Source: Phoronis australis | Lineage: Eukaryota; Animalia; Phoronida | DNA: 64,000 nt | Assembly: GCA_002633005.1 (NCBI GenBank) | Contig: NMRA01000274.1 | Coordinates: forward strand, 101,817 to 165,816 | Reading direction: 5' to 3' | In this document: in pieces, positions 25,101-40,100 of the stretch | Numbering within the stretch: position 1 is the stretch's first letter | How the letters are laid out: each line of letters starts with the position of its first letter | Translations under genes and position numbers: made by a program | The notes under the pieces: model-generated | What the model was told of the DNA's origin: nothing | Database searches by the model: none | What the model saw: the letters and a program-made list of their open reading frames with translations, nothing else

Positions 25101-28100
25101 GCGACGTGTGCAAGTAAAACAAGGGAGCCACTATTCCCAGGAATCTGCACGGGACAAAGGAAATCATGGTCGATACATTTCCTGTGTTGATCGTGTCCTA
25201 ACGACTTCACTGTTGTGCTATTTTTACAGGCAACATTTTGAGATTAAGGAGACCAAGATAAAATGTCCCAAATATTAACAATGGAGAGTTTGCCTACAAA
25301 TGAACGCCATGTCATATACATGACAGGCTATATTCACCTCACATAAGCTGGCTAAATGAAGGATTGCCACACTAGTCAATTTTGTCAGCACTGGTAGGTA
25401 ACTTAAAACTATGAGAGACCACCATCGACTGGCGTCAGTTGTTGTAAGGTAACATGGCTACTCAGCTCAGTCAACATTCTCAGAAGGTGACACACCACAC
25501 TTCATCAATATACACATGGAGTGAGTAGGCAAGACCATAACCATATGACTAGTAATGGACAGAGGACCAGCAGTTACAACATACTTTTTTAGTTCCAAGT
25601 GAAGTTTTGTTCTTAAATTATAATAAAGGGTATTTTCTTATACATAAGACAAAAGGAAATTGAATGAATTTAAGATCTGCCATTAGGCCGAAAGAGAGAG
25701 ACCCTTCCCTTGTTGTAGACTTTCAGAGATGTGATAATGGAGACAGTAATAATTACACATCACAGACAAAAGCATTCGCAAAATAACTAGATCATACCTG
25801 GTATGGTCGATAGTAAAACATCGTTAGTCACCAACCGAGCCCCGCGACAAATCCTCAGCCTGTCCCACAACCCAAACAGCACACAAAGAACAACGAATGA
25901 CGACTAGAGTTATCTAAATATCCAAGGTTGATAAAAACTCCAGAATTGCCCGGCCTGCCTTTGTGAACGGTCCACAGTTTTACCCTTCCACAGTGGAACA
26001 TGCAGCTTGCTGGCCTCAAAACTGATATTAAGTTACCAAGCAAATTCACTGTTTGTGGAAGCCATCACTTCACATCAAGGGGTGACAGATGGTACCAATT
26101 AACATACATTGCGAAGGAATTCCCCAACGCAATAAACAACGAAAGTTTAACAAAACAACGTTTTCTAAGCAAAAGAAAAAGTCACTTAAATTTCACTGCA
26201 TGAAAATATGTCTTTCGAAGACGAATCCTGCTTAAACCTGGCCACCCCTCAGCCCATTACCGGCAGCCATTTTGTGAGAAGATGGCCAAGTGAGACGGCC
26301 AGCTGGGCTCACCGGCTGGGTGTAAATTCCTGTCCAAGAAAGATCAACTGCACACAAAGTTAGTAATTAAATTCTTTAAGTATTGGGTTCCATAAAAAGC
26401 GGGTCAATTTTCAAACTAATCCTCAAGAAAAAAGAAAGTTAACAGAAACATAGTAGCATAGCAATTTACAGGAGAACATTGAAACCAATAAGCCTTGTAG
26501 AGACACAAGCCAACCCACTCTTGCCTAGTTGCCAGAGGTCCAACAGACGTAATCTATTGCTGGTGACAGGCAGCACAACTGGCCAGAGCAAAAAAACACC
26601 ACCGCATCACCACGAATCAGTTACATCGAGCTGGCTCAGTGGCTGTAGATCTGTTCTCTGCCAGCTTATGACTTCAGCATGTTGCCAGAGAGAGCAGAGT
26701 GGGGCAGGTGTCCATCGGGTGGAATCGAAATCATTGTTGACAGGAGAAAAACACAGATGTACAGACTGCACATCTGTGCTGGCGGGGTTTGGAACCTGCT
26801 ACCAGTTGTAGTACTACTACCACTACTATCAGCAGCACCAGGCCTTTCAGTCACTCACCAGTCAGTACTGAGACTGGTGATTGAACAGGAATGGAATGGT
26901 GTCAAGACAGAAAGAAATGAAGAGCCCTCAAAGAGCAGTTGATAACACTTTTGGCAGGCGATTGTCTGATCAGCGCGTAGTTTAACGCCAACTGGAGACC
27001 AGTGTAAAAACGAGATCAACTGAAATAAGAAGCTGACAAGATATTACGTGATGATCACTTCAGAGCACAATTCAATATTCCCACTTGTGACGCAATGGAC
27101 ACGAGACCACAGTACATGAAAGAGATGGTGCAAAATATAGAGAGCAGATGAGATGTTAGGACCCAACGGTCGATCAGGATATTTTTGTTACCTAAGGCAT
27201 TTTCAAGTGCTTTATAGGCAAAAGATGACGAGTGTGTTCTCATAGCACAACATAGGAAAGGCATTGTAGATTACAGTACTGCAAATCATTACAAAACTGA
27301 ATGTAGTTAACGCTCAACAATAAGACGCTCAACAATAAGACGCTAGTTTGTGTCGTCGGGGAAAAATATGTGCCACAGTTTATTTTCAGTACATTCCTCC
27401 TGAGATGACGAGAGACAGATGAACTAATGACTACAGACAAACTAGGACACTGTACCTCGGGGAAAGGGGACAGTCGTGGTTGCAGCAAGTGAGTGTTCAG
27501 CAAACACCACATGAATTTCACTCAGTCACAGAGCAGTTAACAGTCAGACAAAGAATCATTTTATGACAAAATTCTTGAACCACATTTCAAAGCAGACTTT
27601 CAATAGCGATCAATTATGGAAATTAGTCATTTAATTACCAATTCGTAAAATTACCATAAAATCTCGACAATTTCTGACAAAAAAAGTTATTTTTGGATTT
27701 CCATGCAGTTCAACGTAGTAGTGAATATCCAAAGATTTTCAAAATATTGTTCCCAGTAACTATGGTACAGGACGGGAAAATGGTGCAATATTTTTAGAGA
27801 GAAAAAATTTGAAAATAAAATTCCATGTTTCTGCCAAGTTGTGACCTAAATGGGGGAGTAAGGAAATTCCAGATCCAAAGTTGGCGCAAAGTCACTAAGA
27901 AATAAGATGAGCCCGAAAATGCAGACTAACAAGCAAAAATGGCATTTGAAACTTTAAAAAATGGCATTTGAAACTCAGTAAAAGGATGACTTTTCTTGAA
28001 ATTCAATTTTTAAAACATATACGAAAGTTATGCCATGATTCATGAAATAATCATTCCTAAAAACATACAAAAAATCCTCAGTGCTGTTTCGTATTTCTGA

Positions 28101-31100
28101 ACTTTTGAGACCGTAAAATATATGTGCACAGCACACCTCGATAAAATGCGTGATCTGAGTCAACATTTGAAAATTTAAAACCGAAAACAACATGCAAGGC
28201 CAGTGAACCTAGCTACAGTACCCGAAATTAACATTCCCAACGTGGGTTAAATTTTGCAACGAGAACGGGTTACTGCCAAAACATGCCAAACTTCTGTTGA
28301 ATGTGGTCAAATAAAGCCGACCACATTCACCAGCCTAATGGCTATTCCAGTCACGGATCTCAAACTTGACTATTTTCCATTGGCTAATTTAGATTGGAAA
28401 ACACACCAGACAGGTGAATTAATAGCGCAATAAGTTCACACTTCTGATACTGTTAAAATATTAAATGACAAAATAGCTGTATTGATATATTCATGTGAAT
28501 AGTCATTCATACCTATCACGCACTAAGGCTCGGCAAAAATTCAAAGAGATTTTCTTTATTTTCTTAGAGCAATTACAATCATTAAGGAATAAAAATTAAC
28601 ATAATTACAATTATTAATGAATGAAAATTAACATGCTATACTTAGACTTCCAATCAGTTGAAAATATCAAAAGATATTAATTCTTAAAAGGTGATAGGGC
28701 AATTGACGTGAAAGGGCAATTGACTGTTTTGAACTGTTGCAAATTCTTAATACAATATTGTAAACATAAACAAAGATCTTTTTAAACTGATTACAAAAAT
28801 GCATTCAGTGTAAATTTAATATGATAATCATAAGCAAAGAATCTGTTACAATGAATGCTTACACACAATGACCAATGTAATTGTTTTTTAATTTAAAGAT
28901 CTTCACAACATATCTCAGGATGTGAAATTTGCCAAATTAAATCACCATTTGTTTTCTGTGGTTAAACTGCAGCCAGGATTGAGCTCATATGTTTTATTTT
29001 CGGCTTAACAAACTGGTTCATTCTTATTTTAATGTATTGGCCATTTTTGACCCATCAAAACCATGTTCCATGCAACTTTATAGCGATTACAGTAGAGGGA
29101 TGGAAAATTCTATTTCTAAAGAACTAAAAATCAGAAGACACAAGGAAAATGATAAAAGTAATCTTGAAATTCATCTTCAATAAAACGGTATTACAAATTA
29201 CCAATTTCCACAAGAAAGTGAGGTGTTTTAGACACAAGCGTAAACCACGAAAACAATAAATATACAAGAACTCCACCAGCCACACTGAGCATGGCATGTA
29301 AGTAGGGCAGCACTGGGCAGTGTGCCCACTACCCCCCCCTACAGCTAGCGAGGTGGTGAACTGGTGCACAAATCTGGCCTTCATTAGAGACCAGCCATGG
29401 CTGTGCATACTTTGCCCAATTCTCGCCATATGCGCTAGAGCCTATGAAAATAGTCCTGCAACCAATTAGAGCCGGGCCTTGTTGTTTGAGGGTGAGCGAA
29501 ATGAGGGCTACCAATTACCAGCGGGGGAGCATTTGGAGAGAGCCAGCACTGGACTTGGCTTTTCAGATTTTCACACCAGGCGGATTTGTGGATACATGTG
29601 ACAGCGCATATCCGGCAGCAGGTCATCAATGCGCGGACATAACAGGCTTGCAATGCGTGTAACAAAGTTAGTTGACAGATCACTTCGAAGATGACCTGCT
29701 CATTTATAATTACCCGATCTAATCACCTCAGTTGTAAAAACAAACACAGTCATCTATTATAGGTTCCTCCAGTGCATCCATTCAGTAATACCTTCTTCGA
29801 TCAGCAAAACAAACTCATCACCAGTAGAATGTCTACCAAACTGTATTAAAGCAGGTGAAATACTGGTAAATTTAAAGAGCAGTCGGCTTTAAATGTCAGC
29901 CACATAACTCTATTCATGAACAGCGAATCAAGCTGGCAAAGTCACACAAATGTTCCTCTCAGCACAAAAAAAAATCTTAACTTCAAACTTACAAAATAGT
30001 TGGAAGTGTAAGCCCCTACAGTGGGAAACAGAAAACCATGCAGGCAATTTTGTTTGGCATAACAGAATCAGTGTTGATGTTTTTTCTGGCACTGATAATT
30101 TAATCCAGATGGCCTCCAGTGGAGTCTGACCAGCACGCCTCCTGGTGGTGACAATACCTACTAAGCTAGTATTGCAAACGGACACCAGGTGAGGCTACTT
30201 GTTCACTGCAGCAAAACCACACTCACAAGTACACCGAATGAGAAAGCAAAGAACAACTTACGCCCTTGGCTTTGGCTTTGGCTGCAGCCACATTGTATTT
30301 CCCGGGAGGCGCCCCTGTGTTAGACAATTCAACATAGTCAAAATTGTGTCAAGCTTAAATATTAAAACAGCTGTTTCAGTACATTAAACTTATTTTGGAA
30401 AGGCAAATATTAGCTGTAGTCTAATTGGTAAACGTACAGCCTTTGTTGTAAAAACAGGCAGTCGTCATTTGTTTACATAGGTCATCACAACTATTATTGC
30501 ATGAAGGAAATTTAATGATCTATGGATCACAAGCATGTCACAGGATGATGAAATACAGAAACCTCCATCAAACCAATGAAGTTCATTTTCAACCGTAAAC
30601 AAATTCACTACATTAACGCTTGATTTAATTTCTTTTCAGGATAGCTGACAAGAAGCAAAAGTGGTTTTAAAGCTACTAATAGAAGAGTCCTTACCTGGTG
30701 ACAAACTGCCCGTGGGTGACATGTTTAGTAACAAGCCCTGAAATAGAAATGACCAGTTCACATTAGAATATTGCGCCAACATGGGCTAACACTTGTGACG
30801 TAATAAAAAGATACAAAAAGCTGTAGAAAGTGCCAAAAACATGCACGTAACTATAAAGAGTGGGACTAAAACAGGGTCAGCTTGTGTTTGGGAGATCCTC
30901 AATTCAGCACACTGGGTGACGTACAGCTGGAATTATATTTTGTCAAATTCGTCAAAAAATGGGAAAGACAGATATTTCCTATAAGTATGGATTGTGCCGT
31001 ACAGTTATGATAAAACATAACTTTTCAGCATTACAACGTAAGTAACTTTTTAAAAATGGAAACATGTAACTTTGGCTATAACCATTTCCTGATACAACGG

Positions 31101-34100
31101 CAAAATATTGAAATGTGCCTCACCACTAGATGACAGTAAATTAGCCAGGATTTTGCCCATCAGACATTCGCAGCTCCCAACTGCCAAATGGAATCTGGGA
31201 GAATTTTAGGGGGGCATGGCCCCCTTCCCCCCCCAAATCTGCTACTGGAGTAATTACATGAAAATGTTCCAAAATGACCGTGAATGAAAGAAACCCTACA
31301 TTGCCCCTGTTAACCCATCTTGTACATAAGAATTAGAAACTGGGTCAAGCACAAAACACTTGCATGCTAAATAATGTTTCCCGTTATTTGCGTGTGAAAT
31401 CGAACAGCGACGACCAAAATACATATTAAAGCACCACAATAAAAACCAACAAGTGAACACTTCTAGAACGGAGTGGCGACGTAACACAGAAGTGAAGAAA
31501 GAGTGGAATTGTAGTGGGACTTGAAATTCGCAAAAAAATACTTCAAATTTATAGATACACCGTCATCTCCAAGAACAAGATATGCACTACAAACAAACTT
31601 GGCACTATGAATTCTACAACTTCGTAAAAAACCACAGGGAGCCTGTCAAGAGGTATGTGTGACATGGAAAGAGACGATCACCTGTGACAAGGAAAATGGA
31701 ATCAATTAATTGCGAGCCGATAGCACACCTGAGCTCCCGTGACGACAATGAAAATGGGAAATTTGATATATCGACATTTCAGCTTGTTTTTGCTGTCAAA
31801 AAACAAATGAACAGAACAAACTAGAACATTGAAAAATCAAACAACACCACAACAATACAATAAAATAGGTTTTCCATAGTTCTCGACGATGTTGAGCAGG
31901 TAAAAATTCACTTAATACGAACTTCTTTGGGAACAGCGAGCCCACCATGAACCGAAACTAAGGTCTATAGCTCCCCCGGGTGCACGACCCTATTCTAGAT
32001 CTGGGTCAATAAAGTGCGCGTAATCCATTGGTTGAAAAAGACCCTAAGATGCGGGTGGAAACGTTCGAGTCATCAAGAAGTTTGTAATCAGTGAATTTTT
32101 ACCTGCTCAACACAACAATAATACTGTACAATGTCTCCAGTTTGGACAGTCTCTACCATTTGGGACACTAAAAATCAAGCCAAATTTTCTAGATTCTGAA
32201 GACTGGGGATATGGGCAATTTTGGCATTCACCCAAATCCTATTTCTCAACTATAGAACACTGTGTATCAACAGATACTGAAATAAGGATTTTTGACAGCT
32301 CATCAAATTGTCGATAAAATATATTGATGCAACATTTTCACACGTCTTCACAGTGCATAATTTCGAGGCAAATTCGGGACAGTCAATATTCCCCATTTCT
32401 AAAATTTGGTGCAAGCTCCAACTTTGAGCAAAATAATTTTTCGTGGTCACAAACTGGGGTATTTTCACGGTAATTATCAAACACCAGGTATGGGAAGTGT
32501 AACAACGTTAACATTCAACGACAAAAAAACACCGCAGCATTCAATTGTTTTCCCTATGCAACACCATCCTTTGTTTTAGTATTTTAATACCGCGAGTTTC
32601 TCATTACACACATGATAAAACTATGAACAGGATGGAGTTCATTAATTGGTTCAGTGGATAGATTCACCACCTCTAACTTCATTCATTTGAGTTCAAAGTG
32701 TACTATGTTGGCCCGATTATTCCGATTGGTGTTAAATAGTACTCTAAGATGCAATTTGACAAAAAGCTTTTGTTTTCATTCAAGGTACTCCCGACTGCTA
32801 ACATCCCTACCAAAAATAACTCCAGTCAAATGATCAAAAAAAAAACAACCCCACATGTTGAAAAGGTTGTTATGACCTCGATTTGTTGCGTTGCACGGAA
32901 ACAACTGTTGTCAACCAAAACTGCACTGAATGACCCCAGGATATAGGCGGCCAACACAACAGCCTGTTCACAGAACACTGAACACTAAGCAATAGCTAAC
33001 AATGGGAGAGGACGTGTTCGTTTTCTAGAATATTTTACAGCACAAGATTAAATCCCTGCTAGAGTAATAATTGGTGAGCGAGTGAGCGCAGATAAAAATG
33101 AAATATTTTTCAATTCACAGAATGAGCAAAATTCGGTAAGACCTTATCAATTCAGGACACAATATGGCGGGCAGGTGAAATGTTATATTCTCATAAATGA
33201 CACAAAGTGTCATATCCAAGTTCTGTGCTATAGAGACAAATTTTTGAAGGAGTGTGATTTTAGAAGCCCATAAAAAAGAAGAAAGTGTTATTTTGGTACT
33301 AATTATTTTGGTACTAATTATTTTGGTACTAATTATTTTGGTACTAATTCTTTTTGTCCAAATTTGGCGAGATTTCACTGCTTTCAGAATTAACAGTCAA
33401 TTGCAGCTTCTCAATTATATTTAAAGAGCTCCATTGAATCTACAATTGTTCAAATCAGTAAGACAATTTCCATAGTACATGGCAAAGCAGTGCTGCTCAA
33501 AAGCTTCATTTCAAAACTTTCATATGCCATTGACAGCTTGTGCATAAGCGGCGCAAAACAATTTCACCTCTCCAGCTGAGAATCAGATTCAAAAACACTT
33601 TGTACTTTGAAGACACTTTTGACCAGTAACCATGGAAACGATTTGTGTACTCACCTGAGCAGGACCCTCTCTACCCTGGTAACTCCTTGGATACTGTTGA
33701 TCTTTATCTATAAAGACGAGAGCGGGTCAATTTCAACAGGCTTTCTAGACCTGTCATTTGAGTCAGGAAACAGAACAGGTCAAATAACATGGGCGACAGA
33801 TGCAAGGCGTTGGACAATCTAATCCCAGCTTTGCACACCATACGGAGGGCCGGTGGAATTAGATTTCGACAAGTTTCTGAACTAAGAAGGGCGGCAAGAT
33901 ACTAAGGAATGACATCCGCTCTTAGCATGGTTTGTACCATGTAGTTGACAATAGACAAAAATAAATAAACAACTGTTCACTTTCAGCAATTTGGGAAAAC
34001 TAGAAATTGCCAATTTTGTCAAATATTTTTTAGAAAATAACCAAGGAATAACTACATACTTCCCACAAGAGGAATCCCATTGTGTCCCTTGGAATGACTA

Positions 34101-37100
34101 AATGTACTATAAAAAAGTTTTGCACTATTACACAAAGTTACAGAGATACCTAGAATTTCAGAGACAACAACACGTCGGGGATCAAAGTCGAAATATGAAC
34201 TCGACATTTCCGATGAAATATTGTTCCGTACAAGCGAAACCGCATATGCTCTAAGTGGGTCACTTTTGACGGGCTCGAGCTAACCTCAGCTTCTAGTCAG
34301 CCAGTGTTTAAAAATACCTCAAGTGGCCACAGGTGTAAAACAGTGTGTCAGATGAGGCGCAAGTGGTCTCAACACCTGTGATTTTTTAACGGCCTACAGG
34401 TGAGGTGAAGAAGCAGCCAGTTGCGTCAAGACACAGGGTTGTTCTAGGTGCAGAGCCAAGCACTTATCCTGTACAATGTACAGGGTGAAACCAACAGAGC
34501 GAGAGCTTGTCGACCCTGTCATTTTGTTCAACACAGTACAATACACACTAAACGCCTATGACAAGGTTTAACGACAGAAATAAAACTTTATGTCAAATGG
34601 CAATTTTGTAATTTCTCACGATCACTGCACACCTGGAGCAGGTTAATTGCCACAACATCATGTGCAGAACCATTAGGTCCAGCCCACGACAGCCGGTCCG
34701 ACTATAGGCATTCCTCTGCGCCCAGATGATGTTGAAAGGACGATCTGTGCAATAAATTTCACGACGTGCCAACCGTGAAATTGGCGCATAAAATCAACTT
34801 TTCAGAATGCTTCTGAAGAGCTCATACGGCGTTGTTGCAGCTAGAAAGTTGGCAGTAACTAGTGCACCTGCCAGTACAGAGCCTGGGAAAGTTTTTTGAC
34901 TGCCGGCAAAAAGCAGGTGTTGAGCCCATTTCAATTCATGAAGTTAATGAGGAAAGCGAATTTTAATTATTCATACACAAAAATTGACGCTCATTTTCTA
35001 GTCACAATTCGATGAAAAGAAACTCTGTACTACTAGAAAGAAAACTGTTTTTATAATTAATGGCAATAAGGTTTGTTAGCTCTATGAGAAACATCACAAA
35101 AACGACCCATACTCCGCAACACTGCTATAACAGGAACATTTTACAGAATTAGCACTACTTCTATGCTTCCTTTGAAGTACCTAATCGTATGTTTTCTTTA
35201 ACACTCCCCCCCATCATGTTACTTAACACCTTGGAATACCTCATCAACCACAAGGAAGTCAGAGGAACCCATTTTAAACGTTACACAAACACTAACAGGG
35301 GAACACTGTTCAGAGACAAGGCGAAGGAAATCTGTGAAATTCTGGAAGGAGCAAATTAAACAAACACTTGAAGAGCCGATTTGTTGAAGTTAAATACCCT
35401 AGTGAATGGAACAGTGGCTTTGGTAAACAGCAGAGGGCACTCCGAGTACCCCACCACCGGGTGACGCCATTGTGCAGTGTTATGCAATACAACTACAACA
35501 GCGGGTCTCATCAGATTGATAAATAGATCACTTTTAATACACCAAAAATGCCTTTTAATGAAAATAGGGAAAAACAGGAAGACCAACAAAAGTTTAAAAT
35601 TCAAACTGTATAAATAAAATAACATTCTGGTTATATGATTGGAATATAACTACAGTACTTTCTAGAATCTTTTAAATAAAAAAGACCAGACATTCCTTCA
35701 GCAAAATGGTGTTATATAATGTCCTTAAATTCGTAAAATAAATATGCGTAAATAAAACAACAAAAATGGATCACTGAAATTTTCGGATACAATAACAGAA
35801 ACAGAAAAAAAAATAAAGTAAAATAAAACACTATATAAATAAAACACTATATGACAACTGACAACTGATATATGGCGTAATGACAATGATACATTGTTGC
35901 GGAAAAAAGTAAAGGATATAATTTAAGAAGTCTTTATGTTCGATCCATTAGGTTAAAAAAATGCAGAATTTTATTCTGCTGCTACTACATTGGAGAACAA
36001 GTGCTGTCAGGTGATACCGTTGTCAAGCCAAGTAATTGCTTAAAGCGCACACAGATTTACAGTGCCAATGGAATAGTATTCTCAGAAACCGTGTGGAAAA
36101 GAAGCTCAGCTTTGTTTCAGTGCCGTGCGGCATGTATTTAATACTTACTTATTAGCGATGGCATGTCATTTGTGTAGGGTTGCATATCCACACCATGGCC
36201 ATTATAGGAGTTTGTGTTGTACATCTGAAAAACATCTCACTACAGCAATGACGTTCAAAGAAAAACACGCAGGCCCTTACAAAGAGATTTTAGGATCTGA
36301 AACCGACCTAAGAAAGACAAAATAATGGCGTCATGGTAATTCTACACTTATTTTGCACAAAAATAATTGCCAACATTTTATTTTTCCCGTTTTTCAAATG
36401 CTGCTTGCCTTACTGCAAATACTAGAAAACCTACAAGTTGCTTTATAGTAATACACTAAAACTTCCTAATCACTATTTCCGAGAAGAAATTTGACGAAAC
36501 AGACTTTCAATTCTCGGCCATACTGTGTGCTAAATAAGTGAAGAACTACGGCAAACAAAACTTAAAAGACCAGTTTCCAAAAGAAAGAGCAACAAAATCA
36601 GACAATTAATTTTGTAATCTTACAAGCTTTTCACTCTGAACAAGAGATCCCACACGCCCCGTACTCAGCTAGCTCACAATCACTGTGTTCAAAGATAAAA
36701 ATCCACATTAAAAAGGTTATCCTTCACTGCCTAGATCTCAAGTTTCAAAAATGTGCACAAAATATGGACCAACACAAATGACAAACAACCGCTTCACAGC
36801 AAGCAATACATTTCAGCCCTCCCCTACTGGTGGTGGTATGCGACCTTCAGTCCGTGACGGTCCGTCAATTAGAATTAGCAAAAGGTAAACAGAGTGACAG
36901 GTAGGGTCCAACAAGTACAACGACTGCCCAACTGCACCTGATAGTAAGACTACTTTGAAACACCTGCACCTTTCAGGTTTACAGTGCCCTTCCCATCCAC
37001 AAAAACAGCAAAGCACTGTTCAACAAGGAACAGTTTATCAAGCGGAATGCAAAATTACAGGAATACGCGGTTCGACCAGACTTAGTTGGTTTTATTCAGG

Positions 37101-40100
37101 TATTTTTGCCTTAAACTTCATTCGCAGTTTCAAGGCTTCTCAATAGCGATATTTCCAAACGGCGATACGACTTGCCGGACTTTCAAGTTATTTGGGGACA
37201 ACATGGCACAGGTTTGTGGAATTAATTCGAGGCATTCCATTTTCAGCATTGCTGATGTTTTTCAAATACATCGATATGAGGTTGTCGGCTCGTAAACATC
37301 CGGTGACATGAAGGACAACTTGGTGCTGCATAAACAGTTTGACGGAAAACAACGCTGGCCACTTGCGTGTACCAGAACTGGAAGCACAAGGTCACTATAC
37401 CTTAAACTTGCTGGTAGGAGGAGTATAACAAAGCAATGGTCGGAAAAGAAATAAAATATTGAAAGCAAGCCTAAAAATGCATCTAATAAATACATGTATT
37501 AGCAAATCTTTGGCACAAAAGATTCTGACACCACTGAATCACGCTGAAGTTAAATCTAGCGGACTAAAACGCAAATTATAAATCGCTGTATACATAGACG
37601 CGATGCCACCAGATGTTTTCGAGTAGACTACCATCCCGCAAGTCACTTGAAGAACAACCTCAACATCGCAGATGAAATCGCCCAAATTCCGTTCAATTTT
37701 GAAATACCTCTGAACATGGCAGTAAACAACTTCCATGCAAGTATATAAAGTCATACTTAGTTTTCATATAAAAAATAAGTAATTAGATAGCAGTCTTTGC
37801 ATAAGCATCAACACAATTAACTAATAACAAGTCAATCATACTTGACTACAAACATGTTTTTATGAGAATGGTAAACTGAAACCTGGCATACAAAACAGCA
37901 AATGAGGAATTCAATTTTGTGAAATTTCCCAACAATGGTCTCCATTGTTGGCGTTCACTTGTACAAAACAATTGAAGCGAGAAGTGTTATTTTTACAATT
38001 CACAACCAGGTAACCAGCTTTTAAAAATAAACAAGAATTCTGGCATTTTCGGTGCGAAACAACACAAGACTTTTCCCAGTCCACTTCCACATTGAGAAGA
38101 ACATAAGTCTCTCAGCAGGCTGTCCGCTAGGTGGCGCCTGAACAACTTGAAGCAGGTGGGAAACGTACAGAGGTTACTGGTCAGTAATGCAACGAGCAAC
38201 ACTTACCACCCTTGGGTCTCCTGCCCTGGGGTCATAATTCCAGTGTGTCCCTTGCGGGCCCTGGCCACTGTCGACGGCTGTAACACAAACACAAGAAATG
38301 AATGGACAACGACCAATCCACACAAGGTTTTCCATATTGTTTTCCTTGAACTAGAGTCTCCAATGTCACAGCAAAGGCAAGGTTTTGGAGTTCTACACTG
38401 CACAGCTTGCTGGCGATGAAATTTCAATTTCTTATAAAACAGTCGTACAGTAGGAGGCGTTAAATTCTAATATCACTTGCAAGTGTATACAAGGCAGCTT
38501 TTTTGACGACTTTGAGCTTTCTCACGTGTGTCAGTGAGGAAACAGTGTAACTCAAAGTTTGCCGTAAGGCGACCAGTACGGTAAATCTCAAATTTTGTCT
38601 GCAATAGTCCAAACAAATGAAATTTAGGTTTGTCAAATGACTCGAAAAATTAAGAAGAAATGTCTATTTTACCTTGGTTAGTACTGCATTTGAAAAGTAG
38701 AAAATTAGGAAAATCGGTCAATTACTTTTGTATTAAATAAGTGAAGAATTTTCTCACTCTGGGATCGTAAGAATTATTCAGTTCATTAACAAATGAAGAC
38801 GACCCTATCGTAACTTGAGGACACCACTAAATCGTAACGTTAATAAAAATTTCCTGATCCGTCGACAGTTTAAATTCACACCACTTGTTTGTTTAACGCA
38901 AGTATTCCCGTTTCAACAAAAACAAATCAATGAACAAGCGACACCACAAAAGTCAAATTCACAGAACGAGAAAGACCAAATCAGACAACACAAATCTTAA
39001 CAATAAATGAACTTTTTTTCAAATCACACACACGCATACGTACACACCCACTCTACTGCGTTTACCCAAATCTACGTTAAGAATTCTGAAAATAAAATAT
39101 TACATAAATAAAATATTACATGTAAATATGGTTAGACGTCTTGTCATTTAATTTTCAAAAGCTACAATTTCTCCCATTTTCACCAAAATGTAGAACACAG
39201 TGTGGGCGCCATTAATTGCAAGGAATTACTAATGAGGAGCATTTTTATCCAACCTCGGGGAAAAGATAACTTCAGTGTTATCACCCGTTGTTGTCATTTT
39301 GTAGGCGCACTCACAAAAATTAAAAAATTAAACCGAGAAATTCTTGATCAAATTATGTTCACTTTGAAAAAGGACTACAAGTCATGCCAATATAGAGAGC
39401 ACAAGAGAATTACCTTATTTTAGTTTAAAAGTATTTCTGAATTTTTAAACTAAAATCAAGCCTAGCGGGCATTCTCAATGTCACTACGGTAAATTCTTTC
39501 AAAAGTTTATCAATCGTCAAAGTTACAACAAAGGTGACTGATCAACGCAGTTGTGTAGCGATTGTGCTACTTTGGATACGATTTTCTGGGTCACTCTACA
39601 GCGAATATAAACAACAAATATCCACAAAAGAGGCCATCCATGGCTGATTTATCACCCACTCTTCATTGTTCCTTCCCCTGGCCTTCAATGAAAACATCTG
39701 TTACTGTGTGTACTTAGCATTCAAATTTAGTCCAACTATCCAATTTCGTCTAAAAGGAAAAACCCTAAACAACTTGATCAGCATTGAAAAAATTACGTCC
39801 TCAGAAAAGTTGTATGAAAAAACAATTTGAAACAAATCATGTTTTCCATGAGTCAGTTTTTCCGAAAATCAAAAATAATAATTTCCGGATTTCATTCCTT
39901 AATTTTGTAAAAAAAATCATTCATTTGGTTATACAATTTGGAACACTCAAAAGGCAGTTATAAAATGTAATGAATTTCGGAATTATTTACGTCGAAAAAG
40001 AATTTCTCTTTCGATAAACATTACATTATATGAAATATGAAAAATTTCCACTTCCCAATAAGCACAAATCTTTATGACCACTTCAAAACTGTGAATGTGC

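Noticed and set aside
30090-30185. [12 protein letters not shown] resembling the E-protein RRR NLS half
   Set aside because: I found no convincing flanking acceptor and donor pair.
33288-33347. CRISPR-like array
   Set aside because: The units are head-to-tail with no spacers in eukaryotic DNA, so this is an ordinary minisatellite.
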